Assembly (NCBI GenBank): GCA_045589395.1
Contig: JAZNOZ010000043.1
Location: 1 to 32,000 of the forward strand
Direction of reading: 5' to 3'
DNA length: 32,000 nucleotides
From: Acutalibacteraceae bacterium
Lineage (GTDB): Bacteria > Bacillota > Clostridia > Oscillospirales > Acutalibacteraceae
Positions 18,501-27,942 of this stretch are shown here, one piece after another (within the stretch, counting starts at the first letter, position 1; every line of letters begins with the position of its first letter). The position numbers and the translations under genes were made by a program. The notes beneath the pieces are model-generated. The model searched no databases. It worked only from the letters and a program-made list of their open reading frames with translations, and was not told where the DNA came from.

Positions 18501-19061
18501 TCAAGTGAATATTTTGCAAAAACAGCTCCTGCATTTATGAATGAAGATAAAATCACTCCTGCCGATAAGGGAACTGCAACGCACAGATTTCTTCAGTTCT
18601 GTGATTTTTCTGTTTGCAGAACAAACCCCGAAGGCGAGAGGACACGACTTTTTAAGGAAAATAAGCTCAGCGAGGTTTTTGCACAGAATGTTGATATGGA
18701 TTCAATAAGAACCTTTTTCAATTCATCGGTTATGAACAGAATTGAAAATGCTCAGGCTGTATACCGAGAAAAGCAGTTTACCTTAGCAAAAAGTATATGC
18801 GAAATTGAAAATAGCATTCCCGAAGAATTCAGGGAGGAGAAAACGGTTATTGTAGGAAAAATCGACCTTATTTTTATAGAAGACGGACAGGCTGTTATTC
18901 TTGACTATAAGACCGATAATGTAAACAATGTTGATATACTTGCAAAAAGATATGCCGAACAGCTCGATCTGTACTCGGAGGCTGTTGAAAAAGCGTTGGA
19001 TATAAAGGTAAAAGAAAGAATTCTGTATTCTTTGACGCTCAGAGAGTATGTCAATGTCTGA
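15540..19061 (+). CDS. addA: Helicase-nuclease AddAB, subunit A (UvrD/Rep SF1 helicase plus RecB nuclease), 1173 aa
   Basis: The N-terminus is MAERQWTKEQLDAINA...AAAGSGKT (Walker A). DEYQDT, the C-terminal nuclease GKIDLIF...VILDYKTD, and helicase motif VI-like VALTRAKEKL are present. AAGGAGG lies 9 nt before ATG 15540. The track start at 15468 lies inside addB. Confidence 0.92.
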   Translation: MAERQWTKEQLDAINAESGTVLVSAAAGSGKTSVLVERIVRKLTDAENPVSPDSLLVVTFTKAAAGEMRSRIFNRISEKRDEQPQRHHEYIKLLTRLDEMTISTMDSFCMGLVKENFSLCGIAPDFTILEGGEARLLKRQVLADTIQQMYLNDSENFLPLTRLFEKGLSDDNLLSSVERLSDFSMSQPAPLTWLDSVADNFLPVSASDSVWGKILVSDAAEMLKYCIQLCDDAISVLSNEEELEMKIGPHFLSELELLADFSGKFSFLLWDERIEALKKLISIIKSAKFRAPAGYGDNPCKTKAYAKRDEYKKLLDKMLGFLDIGEEENKEDVEVLRPLAKEIIKTAKLFNASLLERKKEESSFEFSDITHFALGLLYDENAEDNKTELARSLSLNFSEILIDEYQDTSRAQDTLFTCLSKNGENMFMVGDVKQSIYRFRLASPEIFIEKSESFPYYDGKAKKSKIILSKNFRSRRGIVEGVNFLFDSLLTKECGEIEYNEDEKLNFAASFPESDTPDVNLHIIPSGEKKSFEAEAVYIARLIKEKLKNGELVADRGGYRKCNPGDFCILLRSAKGMASCFASAIKGAGLNVSVDSGEDFFSRTEIKMIMSFLYVIDNPARDVHMLSLLLSPLFGFSPDEAADIKLYARKCGLPRGSSLFAAISAFKENPKCRDFLDRLAFYRRLSVSLSAGELVEKIYDDFSLTAVVLSMADGEQRKNNLLQFALLAHSFSESTKKGLGAFVRRMDAYKENGIEVNKAAAAASKDSVSIMTMHRSKGLEFPFVFVAGLDKKFFTSDLNSTLCVSNALGIGIKRQESEKIKVYDTLSSLAVRSKLKAEKISEELRIHYVALTRAKEKLHIVTALEKSEKKLTDIGELMREERNIPPVYIRNVLSPCVWYLSSFMRHKDAAALRISSDYTVKSDFSLNVNIVDNIYEEEAREEIKEAAFYNEETVERIKRNTELDYRFLPVSRGFSKYSASSLHSQTFSSEYFAKTAPAFMNEDKITPADKGTATHRFLQFCDFSVCRTNPEGERTRLFKENKLSEVFAQNVDMDSIRTFFNSSVMNRIENAQAVYREKQFTLAKSICEIENSIPEEFREEKTVIVGKIDLIFIEDGQAVILDYKTDNVNNVDILAKRYAEQLDLYSEAVEKALDIKVKERILYSLTLREYVNV

Positions 19062-19098
19062 AAAGGCAAAAAAAGTTTAAAATATACAAAAACAGGTC

Positions 19099-19127
19099 TT
19101 GATTTTTGTTAAAACCTATGATAAAAT
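19099..19127 (+). promoter_or_regulatory. Sigma-A promoter with extended -10 for rpmE
   Basis: TTGATT (19099-19104), a 17-nt spacer ending in TGa, then TAAAAT (19122-19127). Confidence 0.6.
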
Positions 19128-19226
19128 GTTGTCACTATTTAAGCGGAAATATAATATCGTCCCGTGATAGCTGTATTTCGACTGTTTACTTATGTTGTAT
19201 TTTTGTTGAAAGAGGTGAAATGTTGT

Positions 19227-19433
19227 ATGAAGCAGGGAATCCATCCCAACTATAAGCCCACTGTTGTAAAATGTGCTTGCGGCGCTACTTATGAAACATG
19301 CTCCACAAAGGAAGACCTTCGTGTTGATATTTGTTCAAGCTGTCATCCTTTCTTTACAGGTAAACAGAAGCTCGTTGACACAGGCGGTCGTGTTGACAGA
19401 TTCAAGAAGCGTTATAACATCGAATCTAAATAA
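19227..19433 (+). CDS. rpmE: 50S ribosomal protein L31, Zn-ribbon (type A) form
   Basis: [48 protein letters not shown]... is the canonical L31 sequence with CxC...CxxC. RBS AGAGGTGA is present. The track start at 19164 is an unlikely extension. Confidence 0.95.
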   Translation: MKQGIHPNYKPTVVKCACGATYETCSTKEDLRVDICSSCHPFFTGKQKLVDTGGRVDRFKKRYNIESK

Positions 19434-19448
19434 TTACACAATACGGGT

Positions 19449-19486
19449 AAAACGGCATATGTCAGTTATTGGCTTATGCCGTTTTT
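19449..19486 (+). terminator. Intrinsic terminator after rpmE
   Basis: The stem aaaacggcata (19449-19459) pairs with tatgccgtttt (19475-19485) and runs into a T-tract. Confidence 0.75.
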
Positions 19487-19514
19487 AAATTTATTGAACA
19501 GGAAGAGAAAGAAT

Positions 19515-20141
19515 ATGGACAGATATCTCACACTCGAAAAATACGGCTGCGATGAATTTGTTGTAAACAAATCCAGATTTATCGGCTTCGCAAAGCCTGT
19601 TACCTCTGCCGAGGAGGCGGTTGAATTTGTCAACGAGATAAAATCCCGCCACGCAGATGCAACGCACAATGTTTATGCATATGCTGTGAGAAGTCCCGAA
19701 TATTCCCGTTATTCCGATGACGGTGAGCCTCAGGGCACGGCAGGTATACCGACTCTTGATGTTATCAAAAAAAGCTCTCTTACCGACTGCTGTATAGTTG
19801 TTACCCGTTATTTCGGCGGGATTCTTCTCGGTGCGGGAGGACTTGTCAGAGCATATTCGCACGGTGCGAAAATTGCCGTTGATGCGGCGAAAATCATTTG
19901 TATGAGTGAGTGCAGCGTGCTTGAGGTTATGTGTGACTATTCATTTTATTCTCGCCTTATGCTTCTTATCCCCACGGTTGGCGGAATAATTGAAAATACC
20001 GAATTTGCGGAAAACATAACCGTTACCTTCCGTTTGCCTGCAGAGAATGAGCCGAGATTTTCTCAAGAGCTTACTCAACTGAGCTTCGGAAGAGTGTTTT
20101 ATAAGAAAATCGGTCAGAAATATGATGCAATCGACCTTTAA
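19515..20141 (+). CDS. yigZ: YigZ/IMPACT family protein (UPF0029), 208 aa
   Basis: KSRFIGFAKPV...HADATHNVYAY...DDGEPQGTAGIP...VVTRYFGGILLGAGGLVRAY is the family signature. ATG 19515 lies downstream of the rpmE terminator. Confidence 0.85.
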   Translation: MDRYLTLEKYGCDEFVVNKSRFIGFAKPVTSAEEAVEFVNEIKSRHADATHNVYAYAVRSPEYSRYSDDGEPQGTAGIPTLDVIKKSSLTDCCIVVTRYFGGILLGAGGLVRAYSHGAKIAVDAAKIICMSECSVLEVMCDYSFYSRLMLLIPTVGGIIENTEFAENITVTFRLPAENEPRFSQELTQLSFGRVFYKKIGQKYDAIDL

Positions 20142-20235
20142 TTAAAAAAATTTCTGAAAAATAAAGGTTTTAGCCGTTTTTTTCAGTATTAAATATATGA
20201 AAGCGTTATTTTTTTTCGGAAAGGAGAGGAATAAA

Positions 20236-22017
20236 GTGCGTTTCAGTGAGGATTTTTTATCTGAATTGCGCTCAAGAGCAGATATTGAAGATATTATCGG
20301 AAAATATGCCGATATAAGGCATCGCGGCTCAAGGACGCCTGTCTGCCTTTGTCCTTTCCACGCGGAAAAAACACCGAGCTTTGTTATCTACCGCGATACT
20401 CAGTCGTATTATTGCTTCGGCTGCGGTGCGGGCGGAGATGTTATAACATTTATTAAAAACATCGAAAGGCTTGATTATACAGAGGCTGTGCGTTTTCTTT
20501 GCGAAAGAACGGGAATGAATATGCCCACAGACCCTGTTGATGATGAATATACAAGAATACGAAGACGCTGTTATGAAGCAAACCGTGAGGCTGCAAGATT
20601 CTTTCATTCGTGTCTTTTTTCGGAAAACGGAAGAACGGCAAGAGAGTATCTTGAAAGGCGTCAGCTGACACAGGAAACAATAAAGCATTTCGGTCTGGGC
20701 TTTGCCCCCGACAGCTGGGACAGCTTAAAAAAGCACCTTAAAGCAAAAGGCTTTTCCGAAACGGAGCTTGTAAGCTTTGACCTTGCAAAGAAAACACAGA
20801 AGGGCAATATAATTGATGCCTTCCGTAACCGTCTTATGTTCCCGATAATTGACCTCAGGGGAAATGTTATCGCTTTCGGAGGCAGAGTTCTTGATGACAG
20901 TAAGCCTAAGTATCTCAATACCTCGGATACTGTTGTGTATAAGAAAAGTCAGGGGCTTTATGCGCTTAACTTTGCTAAAAACAGTTCAAGCCGTCAGCTT
21001 ATACTCTGCGAGGGCTATATGGATGTTATTGCAATGCATCAGGCAGGCTTTACAACGGCTGTTGCGGGACTGGGAACAGCATTCACAAACGAGCAGATTT
21101 CTCTGCTTTCAAGATACTGTGATGAGCTTGTGCTGGCATTTGACTCTGATGAAGCAGGTGTAAAGGCAACTCAGAGGGCATTGAGAATGCTTTCCAACTC
21201 AACAATGAAGCTGCGAGTGCTTCACCTTGCGGGCGGAAAAGACCCCGATGAAATTATAAAAACATACGGTCCCGAGAGAATGAGGGCAATAATTGAGGGC
21301 GCCGTAAACGATACCGAATTTGCACTTTTACAGGCAAAGAAAAAGTATGATATTGCTGTTGAGGACGGCAAGCTCGGTTATCTCAATGAAGCAGTTATGC
21401 TGCTTGCAGATATAAACAATGCAATAGAGAGAGATTTGTATATATCCCGTCTGGCTGATGAGCTGAATGTGGCAAGAGAATCAATTCAGGCACAGGTAGG
21501 CAAGGCGAGTAAAAATAAAGCAAAAATCAGACAGCGTCAGGAGTTTGACAAAATTCTGAAAGAGGCAATCGGGGAAGACGGCGGCAGAAATCCCAATCCT
21601 CAGCGCAGGCAGTTCCTTAAAGCTGCAAAGGCAGAGGAAATGCTGCTTGCACTTTTACTTAAAAATCCCGATTACCTCAGAAAGCTTTCAGGCAGACTCA
21701 GCGCAGATGTTTTTGTTACCGATTACAACAAGCGTATTTTTGAAGGTTTTGAGCAGAGAATAACAGATGGCAGAAGCCTCGATTTGTCGGTTTTGTCCGA
21801 AGATAATGAGAATGAAGAAATGGGTTATCTTGCATATCTGTTGACCTTGGCGGGAAATGTTGCAAACACAATTGAGCAATGTGAAGAATGTATCAAGGTG
21901 CTTTTGCAGGAGAAAAACCGTAAAAAAATACCTGAAATCGGTCAGATGTCTGATGACGAATTCAGGGCGATGTTTGAACAGATAAGAAAAACAACTAACA
22001 AAAAGGATGTGCAGTGA
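20236..22017 (+). CDS. dnaG: DNA primase
   Basis: Zn-finger [14 protein letters not shown]...[16 protein letters not shown] motif EGYMDVI...DSDEAG, and a C-terminal DnaB-interaction region. The likely start is GTG 20236, 6 nt after AAGGAGAGG. The ATG at 20197 is the alternative. Confidence 0.92.
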   Translation: MRFSEDFLSELRSRADIEDIIGKYADIRHRGSRTPVCLCPFHAEKTPSFVIYRDTQSYYCFGCGAGGDVITFIKNIERLDYTEAVRFLCERTGMNMPTDPVDDEYTRIRRRCYEANREAARFFHSCLFSENGRTAREYLERRQLTQETIKHFGLGFAPDSWDSLKKHLKAKGFSETELVSFDLAKKTQKGNIIDAFRNRLMFPIIDLRGNVIAFGGRVLDDSKPKYLNTSDTVVYKKSQGLYALNFAKNSSSRQLILCEGYMDVIAMHQAGFTTAVAGLGTAFTNEQISLLSRYCDELVLAFDSDEAGVKATQRALRMLSNSTMKLRVLHLAGGKDPDEIIKTYGPERMRAIIEGAVNDTEFALLQAKKKYDIAVEDGKLGYLNEAVMLLADINNAIERDLYISRLADELNVARESIQAQVGKASKNKAKIRQRQEFDKILKEAIGEDGGRNPNPQRRQFLKAAKAEEMLLALLLKNPDYLRKLSGRLSADVFVTDYNKRIFEGFEQRITDGRSLDLSVLSEDNENEEMGYLAYLLTLAGNVANTIEQCEECIKVLLQEKNRKKIPEIGQMSDDEFRAMFEQIRKTTNKKDVQ

Positions 22018-23102
22018 TGGAAGGTATGGATAAGAAAACCGCGATAAACCAGCTTATTGAAAAGGGTAAGGCTGCAGGTAAGCTTTCCTCGAATGAGATG
22101 GATATGCTTATAATCGAATATGATTTCGATATTGAAGAGCTTGATAAATTATATGAGCTTATTGAAACAAACGGTATTGAGCTTATTGATGATATGGCAG
22201 GCAGTGCCATTGATGCTCTTAATTTTGATGCCGATGTTTCAAAGGTATACGATGGCGGAGAGGACAGCAAGGCTCTCACAATGGATGACCCCGTAAAGGT
22301 ATATCTTAAGGAAATAGGTAAAATAAAGCTTCTCACTCCCGAAGAGGAAATTGAGCTTGCAATAAAAATTTCACAGGATGATAAGGCTGCAAAAACAAGA
22401 CTTGAAGAGGCAAATCTGCGTCTTGTTGTAAGTATTGCAAAGAAATATTCAGGCAGAGGTATGCAGTTTCTGGATCTTATTCAGGAGGGTAACCTCGGTC
22501 TTATCAAGGCTGTTGAAAAGTTTGACTATACAAAGGGCTTCAAGTTCTCTACCTATGCAACATGGTGGATTCGTCAGGCTATCACCAGAGCTATTGCAGA
22601 CCAGGCAAGAACAATCCGTATCCCCGTGCATATGGTTGAAACCATAAATAAGGTAAAAAAGGCAAATTCACAGCTTCTTCATCAGAACGGCAAGGAGCCC
22701 ACAGCTGATGATATTGCTCAGGTGCTCGATATGCCTGTTGACAAGGTAAGAGAAATTATGCGTGTGGCTCAGGAGCCCGTTTCTCTTGAAACACCTATAG
22801 GTGAAGAGGAAGACAGCCATCTTGGTGATTTCATTCCCGATGAGGATGCTTTGGCACCCGTTGAAGCTGCTTCCCAGATGCTCCTCAAGGAAGAAATAGC
22901 CAATGCTTTAAGCACCCTCACTCCCAGAGAAGCAAAGGTGCTCTCTCTCAGATTCGGTCTTGAGGACGGACATCCCAGAACTCTTGAAGAGGTAGGTCAG
23001 GAGTTCAATGTAACAAGAGAAAGAATCCGTCAGATTGAAGCAAAGGCATTGAGAAAGCTCCGTCATCCTAACAGAAGCAAGCGCCTTAAGGATTTTGTAT
23101 AA
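22017..23102 (+). CDS. rpoD: Primary RNA polymerase sigma factor (sigma-70/SigA)
   Basis: Region 2 ([51 protein letters not shown]), region 3, and region 4.2 ([30 protein letters not shown]). ATG 22017 overlaps the dnaG TGA (TGATG). GTG 22014 is the alternative start. Confidence 0.95.
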   Translation: MEGMDKKTAINQLIEKGKAAGKLSSNEMDMLIIEYDFDIEELDKLYELIETNGIELIDDMAGSAIDALNFDADVSKVYDGGEDSKALTMDDPVKVYLKEIGKIKLLTPEEEIELAIKISQDDKAAKTRLEEANLRLVVSIAKKYSGRGMQFLDLIQEGNLGLIKAVEKFDYTKGFKFSTYATWWIRQAITRAIADQARTIRIPVHMVETINKVKKANSQLLHQNGKEPTADDIAQVLDMPVDKVREIMRVAQEPVSLETPIGEEEDSHLGDFIPDEDALAPVEAASQMLLKEEIANALSTLTPREAKVLSLRFGLEDGHPRTLEEVGQEFNVTRERIRQIEAKALRKLRHPNRSKRLKDFV

Positions 23103-23129
23103 TGTGTGATACATAAGGAGAGAATTCTT

Positions 23130-23711
23130 ATGAAAAAGCTTTTGTTGGTGCTGTGCGCTTTCTTATGTGTGCTTTTAATAGTATGCTTTTCTGCCTGTGA
23201 AGCGTCTGTAGAAGAAACAACCGCAGGTAATACGGCGGATGAAAGCACCTCTGTCAGCAGTACGGATAATACCGAAAATACCGAAAATACAGAGGTCGTT
23301 ATTACTTTGTCCTCTGACCTTACGGAGGTTTCCCCCGGAGAGGAATTCACGGTCACTGCTACCGTTAAGGAAAGCAGAATGTTTGCTGCAGGGGATCTGA
23401 TTTTTTCTTTTGACAAAAGGCTGATGACAGCCGAATTTGTTGAAGAAAGTGTCAGCTCGGTGTATTCATTCAGCAATGAAATTGAAAACGGCTATCAGTA
23501 TTCGGGGTATGTTGCAAGTACCGCTAATCTGGAAAACGCAGTGCTTTTCACGGTTTACTGTGCTGCATCGGAAGACTGTAAGACAGGTGATGAAATAAAA
23601 ATCACCCTCAGCTGTGATGAATGGCTTATAGGGCTGGATGAAAACGGTGATGAGCTGAAAAGCCTTGCTGACTTTGTGACAGCCGAGTCACTTGTTATAA
23701 AAATTAAGTAG
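23130..23711 (+). CDS. Lipoprotein with a cohesin-like beta-sandwich domain (193 aa)
   Basis: Signal peptide MKKLLLVLCAFLCVLLIVCFSAC carries a lipobox-like FSAC. A T/E/N-rich linker follows. The segment ITLSSDLTEVSPGEEFTVTATVKESRMFAAGDLIFSFDKRLM...VLFTVYCAASEDCKTGDEIKITL resembles the cohesin pattern. RBS AAGGAGAG is present. The cohesin assignment is tentative. Confidence 0.55.
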   Translation: MKKLLLVLCAFLCVLLIVCFSACEASVEETTAGNTADESTSVSSTDNTENTENTEVVITLSSDLTEVSPGEEFTVTATVKESRMFAAGDLIFSFDKRLMTAEFVEESVSSVYSFSNEIENGYQYSGYVASTANLENAVLFTVYCAASEDCKTGDEIKITLSCDEWLIGLDENGDELKSLADFVTAESLVIKIK

Positions 23712-23721
23712 GGATAGTGTT

Positions 23722-25353
23722 ATGATTACCAAAGAAGAATGGAAAAAAATCAGAGGCTCCAAGTTAAGTCCTGATCATATAATGCTTTCAATAAAGGGAA
23801 ATCCCGCTGAAACAATGACCGTTACATGGAGAACGGATGTCAGCGTTGAAAGCGGATATGCTCTGTACCGCAAAAAGGGCAGTGACGGCGAATGGCTCAG
23901 AGCTGATGCCAAAAAGAATACCTTTGAAACGGATGTCGATATAAATAATTACTTTTCCGCAGATATGTCGGGCCTTTCTGCTGACACACAGTATGAGTAT
24001 ACCTGCGGTGATGATGTGAACAGAAGCGAAATATTTGATTTTAAGAGTGCGAGAGAAAATTTTGATAAATTTTCCTTCCTCTGCCTTTCGGATACACAGA
24101 CAGGCGGACCTAATCCGCCTGCAGATTACTCTGTTTTCGGTGAGGTGCTTAAAAATATTCTCAAAAAGCATCCCGAGGTTGAATTTATTCTAACTGCAGG
24201 GGATAACACCAACTGCGGACAGACTGATGTTCAGTGGACGGGACTTTTTGAGGGATTAAAGGGAATAAGTGAGCATATACCATATATGATGTGTATGGGT
24301 AATCACGATGATATGCAGTTTGAGGATTATTTTACATTCACAAACAAATCATATTCCGATAAGGCTACATATTTCTGCAATCAGTTCGGAAATGCATATC
24401 CCGACAACGGTCCTGCTGACTGGCCCTGTGTAAACTATTCCTTTGACTACGGTAATGCGCATTTTGCCTTTATCGGGACAAGCGGAATGGAAGACACGAA
24501 TGAGTGGCTGAAAAAGGATGCGCTTGCATCAGATAAAAAATGGAAATTTGTTGCACATCATTTCCCCGTATGCTTCTCAGGCCCCGAAATTGAAATTGAA
24601 GACACATATCCCACTCTCAGAGATGGCTTTGAAAGTTTTGATATTGTTTTTTCAGGACATGAGCACAGCTTTGCTCGTTCATTCCCGAGAAGAAATGACG
24701 GTCTTTACGATAAGCCCTCCGAGGGTACAATTCACTATAACCTCGGCAGCTCAAACCGTAATCCTCCCGGAACAAGAGTTGTTCCCAAGGTGTGGAACGC
24801 GGCTACATACGAGCATGAGGTGGATTTGACGATGTACAGCGTTGTTGATATTGACTCAGATAAGTGTACTCTTACGGCATATCTTGAGGACGGCAGAATA
24901 CCTGACCAATGCACGATTGACAAGGCGGCAGATGTTATATTCCCGCGTCAGATGGCACCTTTATATAACCGTCCCCGCCTTAAATTCAAGGGCTATGACC
25001 TCGGTATATGTATGTCGAACACTCCTCCCGTTAAAAAGGATGGTGTGTGGTTTATTCCGGCAGGTCAGCTTATGAATAATATCGGTGCAACCGTGGTGAG
25101 AGGCAAGGGTAAAATCCGTGTTGAGGTTTATTCAAGATTTATTGAATTTACCGAAAACAGCGATACGGCTCTCACAAAAGACGGTGAAATGAAGCTTTGC
25201 GCAAAGGTTTTCAGAGGAGAAAAGGAGCAGCTTTATGTTCCTGTTGATGATTTGTGCAAGCCTCTCAGAATGCATGCAACATATTTTGCACATAATAATT
25301 TTATATCAATAGAAAGTGAAACTGAAGAGCGCCCCGTGCCTGTTCAGCCGTAG
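23722..25353 (+). CDS. Purple-acid-phosphatase-like metallophosphoesterase with a C-terminal copper-amine-oxidase-N-like (stalk) domain, 543 aa
   Basis: Calcineurin-like motifs are in order: LSDTQTG, AGDNTNCG, MGNHD, VAHH, SGHEHS. The N-terminal beta domain (MTVTWRTD..YEYTCGD) looks like a PAP N-terminal domain. The C-terminal 120 aa (PPVKKDGVWFIPAGQLMNNIGATV...LYVPVDDLCKPL) fits the PF07833-like repeat pattern. I see no signal peptide. Confidence 0.7.
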   Translation: MITKEEWKKIRGSKLSPDHIMLSIKGNPAETMTVTWRTDVSVESGYALYRKKGSDGEWLRADAKKNTFETDVDINNYFSADMSGLSADTQYEYTCGDDVNRSEIFDFKSARENFDKFSFLCLSDTQTGGPNPPADYSVFGEVLKNILKKHPEVEFILTAGDNTNCGQTDVQWTGLFEGLKGISEHIPYMMCMGNHDDMQFEDYFTFTNKSYSDKATYFCNQFGNAYPDNGPADWPCVNYSFDYGNAHFAFIGTSGMEDTNEWLKKDALASDKKWKFVAHHFPVCFSGPEIEIEDTYPTLRDGFESFDIVFSGHEHSFARSFPRRNDGLYDKPSEGTIHYNLGSSNRNPPGTRVVPKVWNAATYEHEVDLTMYSVVDIDSDKCTLTAYLEDGRIPDQCTIDKAADVIFPRQMAPLYNRPRLKFKGYDLGICMSNTPPVKKDGVWFIPAGQLMNNIGATVVRGKGKIRVEVYSRFIEFTENSDTALTKDGEMKLCAKVFRGEKEQLYVPVDDLCKPLRMHATYFAHNNFISIESETEERPVPVQP

Positions 25354-25362
25354 TGTTTTTTT

Positions 25363-26580
25363 ATGAAAGAAATTCTCAGATCCGACAAATTGGAATTTGT
25401 GCATTCCGATATAAGAGGCCCCGTTTTCTTTGAGGCTAACCGAATGAGAAAAGAGGGCATTGATGTGCTTCGCCTTAATACGGGAAATCCCGGAATTTTC
25501 AATTTCGGGATGCCTGAAAGTGTAAGGAATGCACTTCTTAAAAATGCAGATAAAGCGGTGGCATACTGCGACCTTAAGGGTATGCCCGATGCAAGAGAGA
25601 GTATATGCAATTACCATCGTTCAAAAGGCATTGAGGGTGTTACTCCCGATGATGTTTTTATTGGTAACGGTGTCAGCGAGCTTGTTACAATGACATTGAC
25701 TGCACTTCTCAATACGGGCGATGAAATCTTAATCCCCTGTCCCGACTATTCCTTGTGGACAAACTCAGCATATATCGCAGGGGCAACGCCGGTGCATTAT
25801 ATCTGCGATGAGAGTAATTGCTGGTATCCCGATGTTGATGATATAAAAAAGAAGGTCACATCTAAAACAAAGGCTATTGTTCTAATAAATCCCAATAACC
25901 CCACGGGTGCTGTTTATCCTAAGGAATTGCTCGAGGATATAATTTCCGTAGCAAGAGAGCATCAGCTTGTTGTTTTGTCTGATGAAATTTATGACAGACT
26001 GCTTATGGACGGTGTTGAGCATATTTCAACTGCAACTCTTTGTCCCGACCTTTTGTGTGTTACCTTCAACGGACTCTCAAAATCACACATTGTCTGCGGC
26101 TTCAGATGCGGCTGGATGATAGTCAGCGGTGCTAAAAATAATGCGCAGGATTTTATTTACGGTCTTGTGCAGTTGGCTTCAATGCGTCTGTGTGCCAATG
26201 CTTTGATGCAGCTTGTTATTCCTGCTGCGCTTGAAGACAGCTTAAGCACCCGTCAGATGATGGCTCCGGGCGGCAGGCTTTATGAGCAGAGAGAAGCGGT
26301 CTGCAGAGAGCTTGATAAAATAGAGGGACTTACTTATGTTAAAAACAAAGCAGCCTTCTATATTTTCCCGAAGCTCGATATAAAGAGATTCAACATCACT
26401 GATGATCAGCAGTTTGCAATGGATTTTCTTCATGAAAAGCATGTAATGATTATCCCCGGACGCGGTTTTAACTGGAAAGAGCCCGACCACTTCCGTATAG
26501 TAATGCTTCCCGAACCCGAAATCATAGGAAAAGCTATGAGGGATCTGGGAGATTTCCTGAAAGATTATAAACAGAAATAA
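25363..26580 (+). CDS. alaA: PLP-dependent class I aminotransferase, AlaA-like (glutamate-pyruvate aminotransferase), 405 aa
   Basis: The protein appears collinear with E. coli AlaA as I recall it: SDKLEFVHSDIRGPV, LNTGNPGIFNF, IGNGVSEL, INPNNPTGAVY, FNGLSKS (PLP lysine), ASMRLCAN, PGGRLYEQR. Confidence 0.8.
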   Translation: MKEILRSDKLEFVHSDIRGPVFFEANRMRKEGIDVLRLNTGNPGIFNFGMPESVRNALLKNADKAVAYCDLKGMPDARESICNYHRSKGIEGVTPDDVFIGNGVSELVTMTLTALLNTGDEILIPCPDYSLWTNSAYIAGATPVHYICDESNCWYPDVDDIKKKVTSKTKAIVLINPNNPTGAVYPKELLEDIISVAREHQLVVLSDEIYDRLLMDGVEHISTATLCPDLLCVTFNGLSKSHIVCGFRCGWMIVSGAKNNAQDFIYGLVQLASMRLCANALMQLVIPAALEDSLSTRQMMAPGGRLYEQREAVCRELDKIEGLTYVKNKAAFYIFPKLDIKRFNITDDQQFAMDFLHEKHVMIIPGRGFNWKEPDHFRIVMLPEPEIIGKAMRDLGDFLKDYKQK

Positions 26581-26583
26581 ATT

Positions 26584-26630
26584 AAGAGCTCCCTTTGCAC
26601 CGTAATCGGTACAAAGAGAGCTCTTTTTTT
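26584..26630 (+). terminator. Intrinsic terminator after alaA
   Basis: The imperfect long stem aagagctccctttgcaccg / cggtacaaagagagctctt is followed by ttttttt. Confidence 0.75.
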
Positions 26631-26636
26631 GTTGCA

Positions 26637-26884
26637 CTTTCGTCTTCGGTTTGTAGGGAACGATGCCCACATCGTTCCGCTATAAAGCAAATTCTAACTT
26701 TTTTTGCAGGTATTTTAACCTATATCTGACCAAAATCTGTGTACAAATTAAAGTAACTTTTCCCTCATGCGGTACGATGTGGGCATCGTACCCTACCTGA
26801 CGAAGACGCAAATTCTCAGCAAAATCCTTAAGTTGCTTAGCGTACGGCATCGTGCCCTACCGGTACAGACCTTTAGTTTCATCT
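26637..26884. repeat. Third full copy (26637-26808, inverted relative to copies at 5037-5402) plus a partial copy (26826-26884) of the hairpin-ended mosaic repeat
   Basis: About 30-bp terminal inverted repeats: cgtcttcggtttgtagggaacgatgcccac (26641-26670) against gtgggcatcgtaccctacctgacgaagacg (26779-26808). The reverse complement aligns block by block with copy A at 5053-5194. The fragment ccttaagttgcttagcgtacggcatcgtgccctaccggtacagacctttagtttcatc matches 5248-5263 plus 5166-5217. Confidence 0.8.
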
Positions 26885-26886
26885 TT

Positions 26887-27942
26887 TTATTCTTTGTGCA
26901 GCGAAACCTCAAATACTGTTGATTCTTCGTCTGATTTTTTTAAGCACACGCTGCCGTTATGCAGGTCAACTATTTTTTTGACTGTTGCAAGTCCCAGACC
27001 GTTTCCGTTTGTGGCGTGGGAGGAGTCTGTCTGATAGAATTTGTCAAATAATCGGGATTGCTTGTCTGGCGCAATGGGCTGTCCCTGATTGCTCACGGTG
27101 CATTTTAAAGCTTCTCCCTGCTGCGTTATATCGATTTTTATTTCTCCGTAATCGGGAGAAAATTTGATGGCATTATCAATCAGATTCATCCATACTGCAC
27201 TCAGCATTTCCTTGTTGCCGAGTGTGAAAAATTCCTCGCAGTCAAATATGATTTCAAGATTTTTCTGCGACCATTTGTGATATAGCGTGCCTACCACAAG
27301 GCGTATCTGTTCACTTATGTTTACCTTTGTTTTATTTGTGAGAATACCCTGCTGTTCAAGCTTTGATAATGTCAGAATACTGTTTGAGAGCTTGCTGAGT
27401 CTTTCTGATTCCTGAATGATAATGTGAAGATACTCCGTTTGCTCCTCAGTCAGATTATCATCAAGAATCAGCTTTGCAAAGCCGTTTATTGAGTTTATAG
27501 GTGTTTTGAATTCGTGCGAGAAATTTCCTATGAAGTCGTTGCTGAGCATCTCCGTGCTTTCAAGCTGCTGAGCCATATCATTGAAGCGATCGGATATTTT
27601 TTTGAGTATCGGAATACGCCCGAGGGTAAGACGCACGGATAAATTGCCTTTTGAAATCTGTTCAAAAGCATTCAGCACCTTGTTAACAAGTGCAAGAGGG
27701 TAGTTGATAAGACAAAGGGAAATAAAACAGCCCATACAAACAAACAGTATAACAATTTCTATTATTGCAAGGTTTGCAAAGTTGTTTCTTGTTACCCAGC
27801 CGAAATGTCTGCCCAGTCTTATAAGTCCGATAAATGCAAGAGCAGTCAATGAAAAAACAATAAAAGCAAACGCAGCACATATAAGAGTCAGAGTGATTAT
27901 GTAGAGCAGACTTTTTTTGTTACTGTTTTTTTGTTTTTTCAT
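26887..27942 (-). CDS. Sensor histidine kinase, intramembrane-sensing (BceS/GraS-like) architecture, 351 aa
   Basis: Two N-terminal TM helices are separated by a loop of only about 14 aa (RLGRHFGWVTRNNF). H-box FSHEFKTPINSI, N-box NLIDNAIKFS and G-box GNGLGLA are present. There is no periplasmic sensor domain. Confidence 0.85.
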   Translation of the reverse strand: MKKQKNSNKKSLLYIITLTLICAAFAFIVFSLTALAFIGLIRLGRHFGWVTRNNFANLAIIEIVILFVCMGCFISLCLINYPLALVNKVLNAFEQISKGNLSVRLTLGRIPILKKISDRFNDMAQQLESTEMLSNDFIGNFSHEFKTPINSINGFAKLILDDNLTEEQTEYLHIIIQESERLSKLSNSILTLSKLEQQGILTNKTKVNISEQIRLVVGTLYHKWSQKNLEIIFDCEEFFTLGNKEMLSAVWMNLIDNAIKFSPDYGEIKIDITQQGEALKCTVSNQGQPIAPDKQSRLFDKFYQTDSSHATNGNGLGLATVKKIVDLHNGSVCLKKSDEESTVFEVSLHKE

